A stretch of DNA of 64,000 nt from Candidatus Bathyarchaeota archaeon (lineage in GTDB: Archaea; Thermoproteota; Bathyarchaeia; TCS64). The notes under the pieces were generated by a model that did not search any database, was not told where the DNA came from, and saw only the letters and a list, made by a program, of their open reading frames with translations. A program made the translations under genes and the position numbers. The stretch covers positions 10,710 through 74,709 of the forward strand of contig JADHWN010000007.1 of assembly GCA_016783455.1 (NCBI GenBank), given 5' to 3'. This document shows positions 28,713 to 38,269 of this stretch, one piece after another; within the stretch, counting starts at the first letter, position 1, and every line of letters starts with the position of its first letter.

Positions 28713-28856
28713 ACGCGAAGAATCTATGGAAGGTCGACCATTAAAAAGGGTTGCTGGCTCCCTAAGTCCTGAAGGAAAAGGGGGTTCAGGCCGCACTGTC
28801 GGTAGTTCAATTCTACACACGTCCCCTTTTGTATCGTTGGGACGCACGGAAGATAC

Positions 28857-29081
28857 GTGAGCCACAAAAGCCAGAGAGGGGTCCAGGACAGCTACTCGCC
28901 CGATATACCAGCTTGGGCGAGGGACAACCTCGTTCTCAAGCTCCTTGATGACCAGGGCCTCGGCCTGGAGGTCGTCTACGACCGGAAGTTCCTGAACGGC
29001 CTGAACAGTAAGCCCCTGATCGTTATCAAGGCGAAGCGGAGAGAGCCGAGGTACTGGAAGCAGCGCACCCTACGGTTCTGA
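28857..29081 (+). CDS. Hypothetical small protein (weak call)
   Basis: 74-aa ORF, GTG start, host-like codon bias. No family recognised. Confidence 0.25.
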   Translation: MSHKSQRGVQDSYSPDIPAWARDNLVLKLLDDQGLGLEVVYDRKFLNGLNSKPLIVIKAKRREPRYWKQRTLRF

Positions 29082-29144
29082 ACTCACCTTCTTCCTCCCT
29101 GCTCAAACCTTAAATTTTGTACACCCCTAGAGTTGGGTGATTCC

Positions 29145-29759
29145 ATGATCAAGAGCGAGATAGTCTACTTCGAGGAGGGTGGGGCCGAGCACACGGACTT
29201 GACCCTCGACCTCTCCCTCAAGGCCGCGAAGGAGCTGGGCATAGGTAAGATCGTCGTCGCCAGCAACACCGGTGAGACAGGGGTCAAAGCTGCCGAGAAG
29301 TTCCATGCCTCGGGTGTGAAACTCATCGTCGTGGGCCACCAGACAGGGTTCCCGGTCCCCGGGAAGAACCAGTTCCTCCCTGAGAACAAGGAGGCGATAG
29401 AGGAGCTCAGGGGCGTCGTCTGCCTCGGCTCGGATGTCCTCACCAACTCCATCAGGATGCGCCAGAGCCTCGGTCACTCGCACCTCAGCTACATCACGTC
29501 GACCCTCATCTCGATGAAGGTGAAGGTCAACGTGGAGATAGTGGCCAAGGCCACCGACGCGGGTCTCCTGGAGCCAGGTGAGAGGGTCATCTCCGTCGCG
29601 GGCTCCCACAAGGGCGCCGACACGGCTGTGGTCTTCACCGCCGACGAGACGTCCAACGTCCTCGCCATCAGGCCGCTGCAGTACATCGCGATGCCCCTGT
29701 CGAGGAAGAAGGCCGACGAGGAGTATATGGCGAAGAGAAGGGCTGCCCAGAGCAGCTGA
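29145..29759 (+). CDS. Pyruvate-kinase C-terminal (alpha/beta) domain-like protein
   Basis: 'GIGKIVVASNTGETGVKAAE' and 'VAGSHKGADTAVV' resemble stand-alone PK_C-like proteins. ATG at 29145 is preceded by GGTGA. Confidence 0.55.
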   Translation: MIKSEIVYFEEGGAEHTDLTLDLSLKAAKELGIGKIVVASNTGETGVKAAEKFHASGVKLIVVGHQTGFPVPGKNQFLPENKEAIEELRGVVCLGSDVLTNSIRMRQSLGHSHLSYITSTLISMKVKVNVEIVAKATDAGLLEPGERVISVAGSHKGADTAVVFTADETSNVLAIRPLQYIAMPLSRKKADEEYMAKRRAAQSS

Positions 29760-29998
29760 GAGCGCCTACCCTAAATTTCTATAATTTTTTCCCTAAATAA
29801 TTCTCATCATAAATATGGAATTAATTGTAGCCTATTTTTTGCAGATTTTCTCGCTCGCGAGTCTTGTGAGATCCCAAGATTCCCCTACGAATAGGACCTC
29901 ACCGGATTGACGTTAGGAATTCTCCTGCTCTACCTGGCGAACAGCAACCGGCGTGGCTAGAGTTTTAGCCTAATACCCTCCCCTATACCGCGAGGGTT

Positions 29999-30883
29999 AT
30001 GATTAACACAAACAAGGACCGCTTGATCACCCTCGCCGTGCAGGGCGAGATCGTGCCAGCCCAGATAGAGCGCCAGTACCAGGCCACCTGGGATGGGAGG
30101 GCGAAGCTCTGCATCGGCGTCGGGGGCATCAACTATAACCTGAAGATCGGCTCCAAGGTCTTCGGCTGGGTCAACGGGGACAGGGCTGAGCCCGGGGTCT
30201 GCACGGACAACACGGGGAGCGCTTCCCAGAAGAACGGCTACAGGACCAAGGCCTCCCTTGGGAACGAGGTGAAGCTCCTCAGCGGTGAGGCCAAGGGCGA
30301 GAGGGGGGTCGTCGTCGGGAAGCACGGCTACAGGCTCCCCGGGGACGCTCATCACGTCCTCCTCCACTTCGGGGACGAGACCGTGGAGAAGTTGACTATC
30401 GGGGACAAGGTTCTCGTCAAGGCCTGCGGCATCGGCCTGGAGATCGAGGGGTACGAGGACGTCCTCGTGAGGAGTCTGGGGCCGGGCCTGCTGGAGTCCA
30501 TGGGCGTCGAGGAGGGGGGAGGGATGCTCCACGTCCCGGCGGTCAAGGAGATCCCTCACACGCTGATGGGGGAGGGCTGGGGAACGGGTGCGCATAGCAG
30601 TCACATCGGCATCCAGACCTGCTACGAGCCAGATATAGCGGCCCACGGCCTCGATGAGCTCCGCTTCGGGGATGTGGTCTTCCTCAGGGACGTCCTGAGC
30701 GACTGGGGGAGGCACTACTACCGCGGTGGGTCATCCATTGGGGTGGTCGTCAGTGGGCCCAGCGACGTCTCTGGGAGGGGGATAGGTGTCTGCACGATCC
30801 TTTCCTCCAAGGACGGGAAGCTTGAGCCAAGCATCGACTCTGAGGCCAACATAGGCAACTACCTGGGACTAATCGGGGGCTGA
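29999..30883 (+). CDS. DUF4438-like protein, paralog A
   Basis: 294 aa; 'MINTNKDRLITLAVQG' N-terminus. Collinear similarity to the next ORF. Confidence 0.55.
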   Translation: MINTNKDRLITLAVQGEIVPAQIERQYQATWDGRAKLCIGVGGINYNLKIGSKVFGWVNGDRAEPGVCTDNTGSASQKNGYRTKASLGNEVKLLSGEAKGERGVVVGKHGYRLPGDAHHVLLHFGDETVEKLTIGDKVLVKACGIGLEIEGYEDVLVRSLGPGLLESMGVEEGGGMLHVPAVKEIPHTLMGEGWGTGAHSSHIGIQTCYEPDIAAHGLDELRFGDVVFLRDVLSDWGRHYYRGGSSIGVVVSGPSDVSGRGIGVCTILSSKDGKLEPSIDSEANIGNYLGLIGG

Positions 30884-30886
30884 ACT

Positions 30887-31768
30887 ATGCTCAAGACGAA
30901 CAAGGACCGGCTCATCGTCACCGCCGTCCAGGCCGTGGTCCAGCCCTCCGGGGGCAGGGGCTACGGGAGCACCTGGGAGGGCAAGTCCAAGATGACCCTG
31001 GGCACAGCCTCCATCAACTACACCGTTTCCATAGGCGACCCCGTGTGGGGCTATGCTTCCGCCGACCACGTCGAGCCCGACGTCACCGTCCAGGGGCGGG
31101 ATAAGCCCGGCGCCAGCGACTGCGCCATCGCCATCCTGGGCTGTATCGGCAACGAGGCGAGGGTCGTCTCCGGCGATGCCAAGGGCGCGTCTGGTTACTA
31201 CATCGGGCGCCACGCGGGGGCCGACGACCTGGTCTGGTTCCCCAAGGAGGTGCTGGAGGACTTGGCGTTGGACGACAAGATACAGGTGAAGGCGAGGGGC
31301 TGCGGATTGCAGATCGAGGGCTTCGAGGACGTGAAGCTGAACAAGATGTCTCCCGAGTTGCTGGAGGCCATGGGCGTCACCGTGGAGGACGGGGAGCTCG
31401 TCGTCTCGGTTGTGGCGGAGATACCGGGGTGGATCCTGGGGGCTGGCGTCGGCTGGGACGCCTCGGTCGAAGTTGTTGACTACGACATTCAGACCACCTG
31501 CCCGGAGGTCGTGGAGGAGCTAAACCTGAAGAGCCTACGCCTCGGCGACGTCATCGCCATCCCGGACCACTACGACGCCTGGGGGCGAGGGCGCTACGAG
31601 GGAGCCATGACCATCGGGGTAATCGTGCACGGGTTCAGCAGCTCCGGGGGCCACGGACCGGGGGTGAACCCCATAATGGCGGCCCTACCCGGGAAGATAA
31701 AGACGAAGATAGATCCCCATGCCAACATCGCCTACTACCTTGGCATCAGGGATAAGCCGAAGAAATAA
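30887..31768 (+). CDS. DUF4438-like protein, paralog B
   Basis: 293 aa; 'MLKTNKDRLIVTAVQA' N-terminus. Separated from paralog A by 3 nt. Confidence 0.55.
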   Translation: MLKTNKDRLIVTAVQAVVQPSGGRGYGSTWEGKSKMTLGTASINYTVSIGDPVWGYASADHVEPDVTVQGRDKPGASDCAIAILGCIGNEARVVSGDAKGASGYYIGRHAGADDLVWFPKEVLEDLALDDKIQVKARGCGLQIEGFEDVKLNKMSPELLEAMGVTVEDGELVVSVVAEIPGWILGAGVGWDASVEVVDYDIQTTCPEVVEELNLKSLRLGDVIAIPDHYDAWGRGRYEGAMTIGVIVHGFSSSGGHGPGVNPIMAALPGKIKTKIDPHANIAYYLGIRDKPKK

Positions 31769-31769
31769 C

Positions 31770-31789
31770 CCTTTTTTCTTTATTTCTGT
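31770..31789 (+). terminator. Oligo-T terminator
   Basis: CCTTTTTTCTTTATTTCT immediately after the stop at 31768. Confidence 0.55.
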
Positions 31790-32032
31790 CCTATAGCCAC
31801 TCCGAGGGAGCCGTCTCCTCGTCGGTCCCGAACCTCCACCCCAAGAGGACCAGGAAGGCCGTGTAACCTATGGACATGGCCCACTTTACGAGCTCCCACT
31901 GCCAGGGTTCCAAATATATCGGGGATCAAATGGGTGCTCATCGATGAAAAGGATATCGGGAACCGAGCCAACAGTCCACCGATTTGTTCCTTCCTACACA
32001 CACCATCATTTTTACACTACGTTAACAGATAA

Positions 32033-32983
32033 TTGGATGAGGTAGACATCCCCATGGACATCGTCATTGAGACAGCCCGCAGGATAAGGGCGCTAGAGAT
32101 CCAGGGCGCCACCAACGTCGCCATCGCCGCGGTGAACGCCCTGTCCGAGCAGATACAGCTCTCCGAGGAGGTGGACCGGGGCTCCATACTCTCCCAGATA
32201 GATGAGGCCAAGGAGATCCTATTCGCCTCCAGGGAGACCGAGCCCTTCATGAGGAACGCCATAAGGTACGTCGAGTGGAGGCTCAGGACCGGGGAGTGGC
32301 GGGACAAGGAGGAGCTCAGGGGGCTGGTTCACGGCGTCTCGGAGGGCTTCCTGGAGGACTTCAGGGCCGCCACGGACGCCCTGGTCAAGGTGGGGATGAG
32401 GAGGATAAACTCGGACACCGTCGTGCTCACCCACTGCCACTCGTCCGCAGTCTCCAAGGTCTTCGTGGAGGCGAAGCGGAAGGGCGTGGACTTCAGGGCC
32501 ATCTGCACAGAGACCCGCCCCAAGTACCAGGGGAGGATCACAGCCGGGGAGCTGCTGGAGGCCGGCATCGACACGACGATGATAGTCGACTCCGCAATGA
32601 GGAACTTCCTGAAGGAGGCCGACCTCGTCCTGGTCGGGGCAGATGCCATCACCTCCGAGGGGAACGTCATCAACAAGATCGGCACCAGCCAGCTCGCTCT
32701 CGCAGCCGACGAGGCACGGGTGCCCCTCTACGTCGTCTCGACCCTCCTCAAGTTCGATCCCCAGACCATCCACGGGGAGTATGAGGTCATCGAGGAGAGG
32801 AGCCCCGACGAGATATGGCCCGACGCCCCGGATGGCCTGAAGATCAGGAACCCCGCCTTCGACGTGACCCGCCGGGAGTACATCCACGGCATCGTCTGCG
32901 AGGAGGGGGTCATCTCACCCCACTCGATCCTCGAGGCCGTGAGAAGAAGGTACCCCTGGATTATTGAGAGTATAGAGACCTAG
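32033..32983 (+). CDS. Ribose-1,5-bisphosphate isomerase (eIF-2B alpha/beta/delta-like, e2b2 family)
   Basis: 'ALEIQGATNVAIAA', 'VLTHCHS', 'VGADAITSEGNVINKIGT'. Start is TTG 32033 or ATG 32054. Confidence 0.85.
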   Translation: MDEVDIPMDIVIETARRIRALEIQGATNVAIAAVNALSEQIQLSEEVDRGSILSQIDEAKEILFASRETEPFMRNAIRYVEWRLRTGEWRDKEELRGLVHGVSEGFLEDFRAATDALVKVGMRRINSDTVVLTHCHSSAVSKVFVEAKRKGVDFRAICTETRPKYQGRITAGELLEAGIDTTMIVDSAMRNFLKEADLVLVGADAITSEGNVINKIGTSQLALAADEARVPLYVVSTLLKFDPQTIHGEYEVIEERSPDEIWPDAPDGLKIRNPAFDVTRREYIHGIVCEEGVISPHSILEAVRRRYPWIIESIET

Positions 32984-34200
32984 GACCAGGTCTCCAGGGC
33001 TCTTGCCAGTTCTTTATGATCTTGGGCGTATTCCTTGAGGGAATGGCCTCCGAGCCTCGCGTCCACGGCCTGCCTCAAGGCCATGGCGCCCGCCACAGAT
33101 CCGTCCGGGTGACCGTGGATGCCACCTCCCGCCTGGATGACGAAGTCCGTGCCGAATATCTCGATGAGATCCGGGACGTGGCCCGGGTGGAGGCCTCCCG
33201 ACGCGACGGGGAGGACCTTCTTCAGGCCGTGCATGGGTTCCTTCAGGGCCTTGATGTTCTCGTGGACCTCGTCCCTGGTCTCCGCCATCTTCCCCACCGC
33301 CGTCCCCACGTGGAGCTGGTCCACGCCGAGGATACGGGCCACCTTTGCTATCACCCTCATGTTGATGCCGTGGACAGCTGAGCGGGTGAAGGCGGCGTGG
33401 CCCGCCCTGTGGGCGTGGATGACCAACTCGAGCCCCCTGTCCCTGAGGGTCTGGAGGGCCGACCAGCCGACTGTGAGGATGTCCACCATCATGTAGCGGC
33501 CGTCCTGGTCCTGGACCATCTCAGCCCGCCTGAGCATCTCCTCGGTCTCCGCAGTGACGTTCACCATGTAGACCTTCCTCTCCCCAGTCTCCTCCTCGGC
33601 CCGGTCCCTCATCTCCAGGGTGCTGACCAGCCTATCCTCGAAGGGGTTGAACGCCTGGCTGCTCAGGTTCTCGTCGTCCTTGATGATGTCGCAGCCTCCG
33701 GACCAGGCGTCGTAGGCCACCTTGGCGTGGTCCTCGGTCCTCAGCCCCAGCTTTGGCTTGATGATAGTGCCCACCAGGGGCCTCCCCTTCAGCCTTAGGA
33801 GCTTCCTGATCCCATCGATCCCGTATCGGGGCCCCTCGAAGCTCCGCACGAGCTCCTCAGGAAACTCCATGTCGTTGAGCCTCAGGTTCCCCAAAGCCTC
33901 GAGGCCGAAGACGTTCCCGGCCACGCTGCTCAGGATGTTGGCCATGTTCCCCGGCTCGAACAGCTCGATGGGATACGCTATCCTGCAGTCGTTCCCTACG
34001 ATATCGTAGACCGTGGCGTGAAGCCTTTCGAGGTAGGGCTTGACAGTGGTTAGCTCCGTCCAGGTGCCGATTGAGCTCTCTGCGGCGACGCCCCCCATGG
34101 CCTCATCCATGGAGATCCCCTTAGGTTCCACGTGGAAGCCGCAGACGAGGTCAGAGGCCTTGGGCCGGTAGTCCAGGTCGATGAAATCGACATATCTCAT
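32980..34200 (-). CDS. rbcL: Type III ribulose-1,5-bisphosphate carboxylase/oxygenase large subunit
   Basis: 406 aa; 'GTIIKPKLGL', 'GGCDIIKDDENL', 'HAHRAGHAAF', 'QAGGGIHGHP'. Confidence 0.93.
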   Translation of the reverse strand: MRYVDFIDLDYRPKASDLVCGFHVEPKGISMDEAMGGVAAESSIGTWTELTTVKPYLERLHATVYDIVGNDCRIAYPIELFEPGNMANILSSVAGNVFGLEALGNLRLNDMEFPEELVRSFEGPRYGIDGIRKLLRLKGRPLVGTIIKPKLGLRTEDHAKVAYDAWSGGCDIIKDDENLSSQAFNPFEDRLVSTLEMRDRAEEETGERKVYMVNVTAETEEMLRRAEMVQDQDGRYMMVDILTVGWSALQTLRDRGLELVIHAHRAGHAAFTRSAVHGINMRVIAKVARILGVDQLHVGTAVGKMAETRDEVHENIKALKEPMHGLKKVLPVASGGLHPGHVPDLIEIFGTDFVIQAGGGIHGHPDGSVAGAMALRQAVDARLGGHSLKEYAQDHKELARALETWS

Positions 34201-34290
34201 ACATGAAACCCCTTTATGATAGATTCCGGATCCGTTAGTAATTTAATTTTCCGTGTATATTCCAGTATTGGCGTAGTGTGGGGTATCGAT

Positions 34291-35838
34291 ATGCAGTACA
34301 GTGTCAGGCTCCTCGACCTGGAGGCCGGTGGGAAGTACATCGTCGTGATGTGCGTAGACGACGCTAGGACCCTGGGGGTCATCTCCAACGACAGGCTGAT
34401 GCTGAACTCCAACGGGACAGCAGTCGTCGCCATCCTCAACACCTCCGAGGTGTTCCCACGGGGAGTGCTCGGGATGTACAAGGAGATCGGCGAGTACCTG
34501 GACGTTGAGGAGGGCGACCCCATCGACGTGGAGCCCGCCGAGAGGCCCGAGTCCCTCCTTCACATCAGGTCGAAGATAATGGGGGAGAAGCTGATGCCCA
34601 AGCATATCGATGCCATTGTTGAGGACGTCGTCCAGAGGCACCTGAGCAGCATAGAGCTCTCGTCCTTCGTCACGGCACTCCAGATCCACGGCACCAATAT
34701 GGAGGAGATCGAGGCCCTCTCGAGGTCCATGATAAAATGGGGGAAGACCATCGACTTCGGCAGGACCCCCATCTGCGACAAGCACAGCATAGGAGGCGTG
34801 CCCGGCGACAAGACCACAATGATCGTGGTCCCAATAATCGCTGCCGCCGGATACACGATCCCCAAGAGCTCCTCTAGGGCCATCACCTCCCCGGCGGGCA
34901 CCGCCGATAGGATGGAGGCCATCTGCCCCGTGAACCTGAGGCTGGATGAGATCATCGAGGTCGTCAACGACATCGGCGCCTGCATCGTCTGGGGCGGGGC
35001 CCTGGACCTGGCGCCAGCCGACGACCTCTTCATCCAGGTGGAGTACCCCCTCTCCATCGACCCCCTCCTCCTCCCCTCCATAATGAGCAAGAAGAAGGCC
35101 ATGGGCTCCACCCACGTCGTCGTGGACATCCCCACGGGGCGGGAGGCCAAGATTAAGACCATGGAGGAGGCCCAGCAGCTGGCCATCAACTTCATCGAGC
35201 TCGGGAACCGCCTAGAGATGAAGATACGGTGCGCCGTCACCGAGGGGGAGCAGCCCATAGGCTACTGCATAGGCCCCAGCCTAGAGGCGAGAGAGGCCCT
35301 CAAGACCCTGGCGGGCTCAGGGCCGCCGGACGTCGTGGACAAGGCCACCAGCATAGCCGGAATACTCCTGGAGATGGTGGGAGAGGAGAACGGCCAGGCT
35401 AGGGCCATGGAGATGCTTACCTCCGGCAAGGCGGAGGCGAAGATGAGGGAGATAATAGGAGCCCAGGGCGGAGACCCGGATGTCAAGCCTGAGGACCTCG
35501 CCGTAGGCGATGAGAGGCTCGACGTGCGGGCGGTGAGAGACGGGCGGGTCCTGTGGCTCAAGAACCGGTCAATAGCCCAGATAGCTAGGGCCGTGGGTAC
35601 CCCCAACACCAAATGCGCGGGTATAGAGCTGGGTGTGAAGCTGGGGGACGAGGTGAAGGAGGGAGACATCCTCTTCAGCGTCTACACCGACAGCCTGCGC
35701 AAGCTGGGCCAGGCTGAAGAGCTGTTGGAGAACATGGAGCCCATAATCGTCGGGAACCGTATAGGCGAGAAGATGATCATGATGAAGATCTCCGAGTCGA
35801 CGACCCCGGGGTCCGAGAGGTACATAATCGACAGGTGA
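34291..35838 (+). CDS. deoA: AMP phosphorylase (thymidine-phosphorylase family, DeoA-like)
   Basis: 'DKHSIGGVPGDKTT', 'SSRAITSPAGTAD', N-terminal archaeal extension. ATG at 34291 is preferred over the track start at 34216. Confidence 0.88.
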   Translation: MQYSVRLLDLEAGGKYIVVMCVDDARTLGVISNDRLMLNSNGTAVVAILNTSEVFPRGVLGMYKEIGEYLDVEEGDPIDVEPAERPESLLHIRSKIMGEKLMPKHIDAIVEDVVQRHLSSIELSSFVTALQIHGTNMEEIEALSRSMIKWGKTIDFGRTPICDKHSIGGVPGDKTTMIVVPIIAAAGYTIPKSSSRAITSPAGTADRMEAICPVNLRLDEIIEVVNDIGACIVWGGALDLAPADDLFIQVEYPLSIDPLLLPSIMSKKKAMGSTHVVVDIPTGREAKIKTMEEAQQLAINFIELGNRLEMKIRCAVTEGEQPIGYCIGPSLEAREALKTLAGSGPPDVVDKATSIAGILLEMVGEENGQARAMEMLTSGKAEAKMREIIGAQGGDPDVKPEDLAVGDERLDVRAVRDGRVLWLKNRSIAQIARAVGTPNTKCAGIELGVKLGDEVKEGDILFSVYTDSLRKLGQAEELLENMEPIIVGNRIGEKMIMMKISESTTPGSERYIIDR

Positions 35839-35891
35839 CTCTGCCCATCGCAAGTTTCATATCGTGATCAGGCCGTTCCTCGGTTATTCAG

Positions 35892-36992
35892 GTGGCGCCC
35901 TTGCTGACGATATGGCAGATTGTGGTGATAAACTTCGCCATCTTCTTCGGCCACTACGTCATAGTCGCCACGACCCTCAACTTCCAGTACGGGAACGCCG
36001 GCATCCCCAACATGAGCAACAACCTCTCGGTGGCCTGCGGGGCCTATGTCATCACCTCCATTGTTACCAGGATCTGCATGTGGCTCCTGGGGATGGCGGG
36101 GGTGGCTTTCAGGCTCAGCTGGGTCTACGATAACCCCTATAATGTCTCTTTGATCTCTGCCTTCCTGAATGATCGCCCCTTGCTAGGATTCTCCCTCTTC
36201 ATGCTCTCCCTGGCCCTAGCACTGGTCTTCGGCAACCTCCTGGGCTGGGTCCTCGCCTCGATAAGCGGGAAGATGAGGGCCTCCACGCTCATGGTCCTCC
36301 TCTACGTCGTGGCCCAAGCCGGGGACGTCATAGTGGCCAACGAGAGCTGGATAGCAGGGGGCTCACAAGGGGCCTTCATCCCCAACTTTCTCTCCTGGTA
36401 CCCAGGGGAGGACTTCCTCATCGTCGCCGTCACGACAATGCTCGTGGGGCTGCTCTGCTACTTCGTGGTGAGGGCCATACAGAACTCCCCCTTCGGAAGG
36501 CTGGCCAGGGCTGTCAGGGAGAACGAGTGGACGGTGATGAGCATGGGGAAGGACGTGGGGAGGATCAGGAGGGGGGTCATGGCGTTCAGCTCGGGGATGA
36601 TGGCTGTCACAGGGGTCCTCCTCGCCCTTTACTACCGGTTCGTGGAGTACGGGATGTTCGACCAGGTCTCGTACACAATATGGCCTTGGCTCATGATAAC
36701 TATAGGGGGCATCGGGAACAACGCCGGTTCCCTGGTCGGCGTGATAGTGTGCGTGGGCATTCTGAAGACCATCTCGACGTTCAACCTGTTCTTTGGAGGT
36801 GTAATCGCGTCTTCCGGGAAGGCCGGGCTCTTCATCACCTTCGAGGAGATGGCGCTCTCGGTGATACTCCTAGCGTTCCTGATCTACAAGCCCAACGGCC
36901 TCTTACCTGAGAAGCGTCTCCACATCCCAGGCATCGACTATAGGAGATACCTGATGGAGAATCCTTCACCCGGTGATGAACAGTCGAAGTGA
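35892..36992 (+). CDS. Branched-chain amino-acid ABC transporter permease-like (LivM-like), orphan
   Basis: Multi-TM protein with a 'RAVRENEWTVMSMGKDVGRIR' LivM-like loop. No ATPase or binding protein is adjacent. Confidence 0.65.
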   Translation: MAPLLTIWQIVVINFAIFFGHYVIVATTLNFQYGNAGIPNMSNNLSVACGAYVITSIVTRICMWLLGMAGVAFRLSWVYDNPYNVSLISAFLNDRPLLGFSLFMLSLALALVFGNLLGWVLASISGKMRASTLMVLLYVVAQAGDVIVANESWIAGGSQGAFIPNFLSWYPGEDFLIVAVTTMLVGLLCYFVVRAIQNSPFGRLARAVRENEWTVMSMGKDVGRIRRGVMAFSSGMMAVTGVLLALYYRFVEYGMFDQVSYTIWPWLMITIGGIGNNAGSLVGVIVCVGILKTISTFNLFFGGVIASSGKAGLFITFEEMALSVILLAFLIYKPNGLLPEKRLHIPGIDYRRYLMENPSPGDEQSK

Positions 36993-37040
36993 GTCACGTG
37001 GACCTCAGGAAAGTATAGAGGACCGTGGAGCACGCCTTCA

Positions 37041-38051
37041 TCATGACTGCACGACTATCGTAGCATCCGAGACCGCGTCCTGAGCCTCTCGCTTCAGCAG
37101 GTCCTTTGCCCGTCTTTCCTCCTTGATGCTGTCCTGAAGAGCCTTGAGGCCCTCCCAATGGCCATCCGCAGCCATTCTCGCCTGCTCGTGCCAGGTCGAT
37201 GGATCGGTTAAACGCGTTAGGCTGGGCTTCTCGGCCACTAGTATGTCATGTATCTCTTTGGGCTCCTTCTCGGTTAACTTCGAGAATGAGGTGATGCCCG
37301 CTGTTCTAAGCACAGAGGAGACCTTGGGGCCGATGCCGTCGATTACCGTGAGATCGTCCTGCATGCTGCGGATCTTTAATTTCTGAGAGGCCGCCTCCTG
37401 AGCGCTCTCCTCCAACTCCTTCTCAAGCTTGGCTATACCTGCCTCAGCGGCCTCCGCTCGGGTAAGGGTGTCTTGATTCTTCTTCTCGAGAGCCGCCAAG
37501 TCCTCTCTTATGAGCTCGATGGAGCTATTCCTCTCCTCAATCTCCTTCTCACGTTCCAGGATCCCTGCCTCTGCCATCTCCGCCCGAGCGTTTAATGCCT
37601 GTTTCTCCTCCTTGAGGGTGTTCAGGCCCTCCTCCAACTGCTTGAGGGAGTCATCCTTCTCCTTGATCTGTTCCCTCAGGAGGCTGATTGTCTCCTCTCG
37701 TTTGTCCAGTTGAACGTTAAGGCTGTCTCTCGTGGCACGTAGGTCCGATAGATCATGGTTGAGGCCGCTCACCGAGTCGTCTCTCTCCTTGACCTGGGCG
37801 GAGATCTGGCGGATGTTCTTATCCTTCTTGGCGACCGTCTTCTGGAGGCCCTCTATGTTGGACTCGTGTCCCAGCACCTCCTCCTTCAGGTCCTTGAGTG
37901 TCGCGTCCTTGTTCTTGAGGGAGGTCCTCAGCTTCTCGATCTTCTTCTCCCCCTCGCTCATGGTGACGCGGTAGACGAACCACATGATGAGCATCCCTAT
38001 GAACAGGTTGCTTACTAGCAGGATCAGGATCGGGGTGATGCTCATCAACAT
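37041..38051 (-). CDS. Membrane-anchored coiled-coil protein with a C-terminal helix-hairpin-helix domain
   Basis: N-terminal TM helix, long E/K/L coiled coil, 'DDLTVIDGIGPKVSSVLRTAGITSF'. Confidence 0.55.
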   Translation of the reverse strand: MLMSITPILILLVSNLFIGMLIMWFVYRVTMSEGEKKIEKLRTSLKNKDATLKDLKEEVLGHESNIEGLQKTVAKKDKNIRQISAQVKERDDSVSGLNHDLSDLRATRDSLNVQLDKREETISLLREQIKEKDDSLKQLEEGLNTLKEEKQALNARAEMAEAGILEREKEIEERNSSIELIREDLAALEKKNQDTLTRAEAAEAGIAKLEKELEESAQEAASQKLKIRSMQDDLTVIDGIGPKVSSVLRTAGITSFSKLTEKEPKEIHDILVAEKPSLTRLTDPSTWHEQARMAADGHWEGLKALQDSIKEERRAKDLLKREAQDAVSDATIVVQS

Positions 38052-38181
38052 CTCGGATTAACGCATTTGGGACGTAATTGTCATATAAGTTGTTATGAAT
38101 CGCTGAAACTTCACTGGGAAACCTACCTATACTCTTGACCGGTTGTAAGTTTCCATGAGGCGAATACGTGACATGAGAAGA

Positions 38182-38202
38182 CGTGGCGGGTCCGGAGGGA
38201 TT
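38182..38202. repeat. att-like copy of the tRNA-Lys 3' end (21 nt)
   Basis: CGTGGCGGGTCCGGAGGGATT is identical to 40369..40389. Confidence 0.85.
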
Positions 38203-38247
38203 TACGTAAAAGATTAGGCTAGATGGATTCGTAATAAACGTGTTTTT

Positions 38248-38259
38248 TCGCGCGCGCGA
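38248..38259. repeat. 12-bp palindrome TCGCGCGCGCGA
   Basis: Lies 10 nt downstream of the amidohydrolase stop. The 13-mer TCGCGCGCGCGAG recurs at 53344. Confidence 0.9.
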
Positions 38260-38269
38260 GAACTGCTGA

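Noticed and set aside
28413-28865. 150-aa minus-strand ORF. A possible 71-aa version starts at 28628.
   Set aside because: The long version runs through tRNA-His. The short version overlaps the MFS 3' end and matches no recognisable family. Support is insufficient.
31780-32001. Small minus-strand ORFs between the DUF4438-like unit and the R15P isomerase. They include a possible 28-41 aa hydrophobic peptide (..MSIGYTAFLVLLGWRFGTDEETAPSEWL).
   Set aside because: Reading frames are fragmented, there is no SD or promoter evidence, and the ORFs are too short to support without expression or conservation data.
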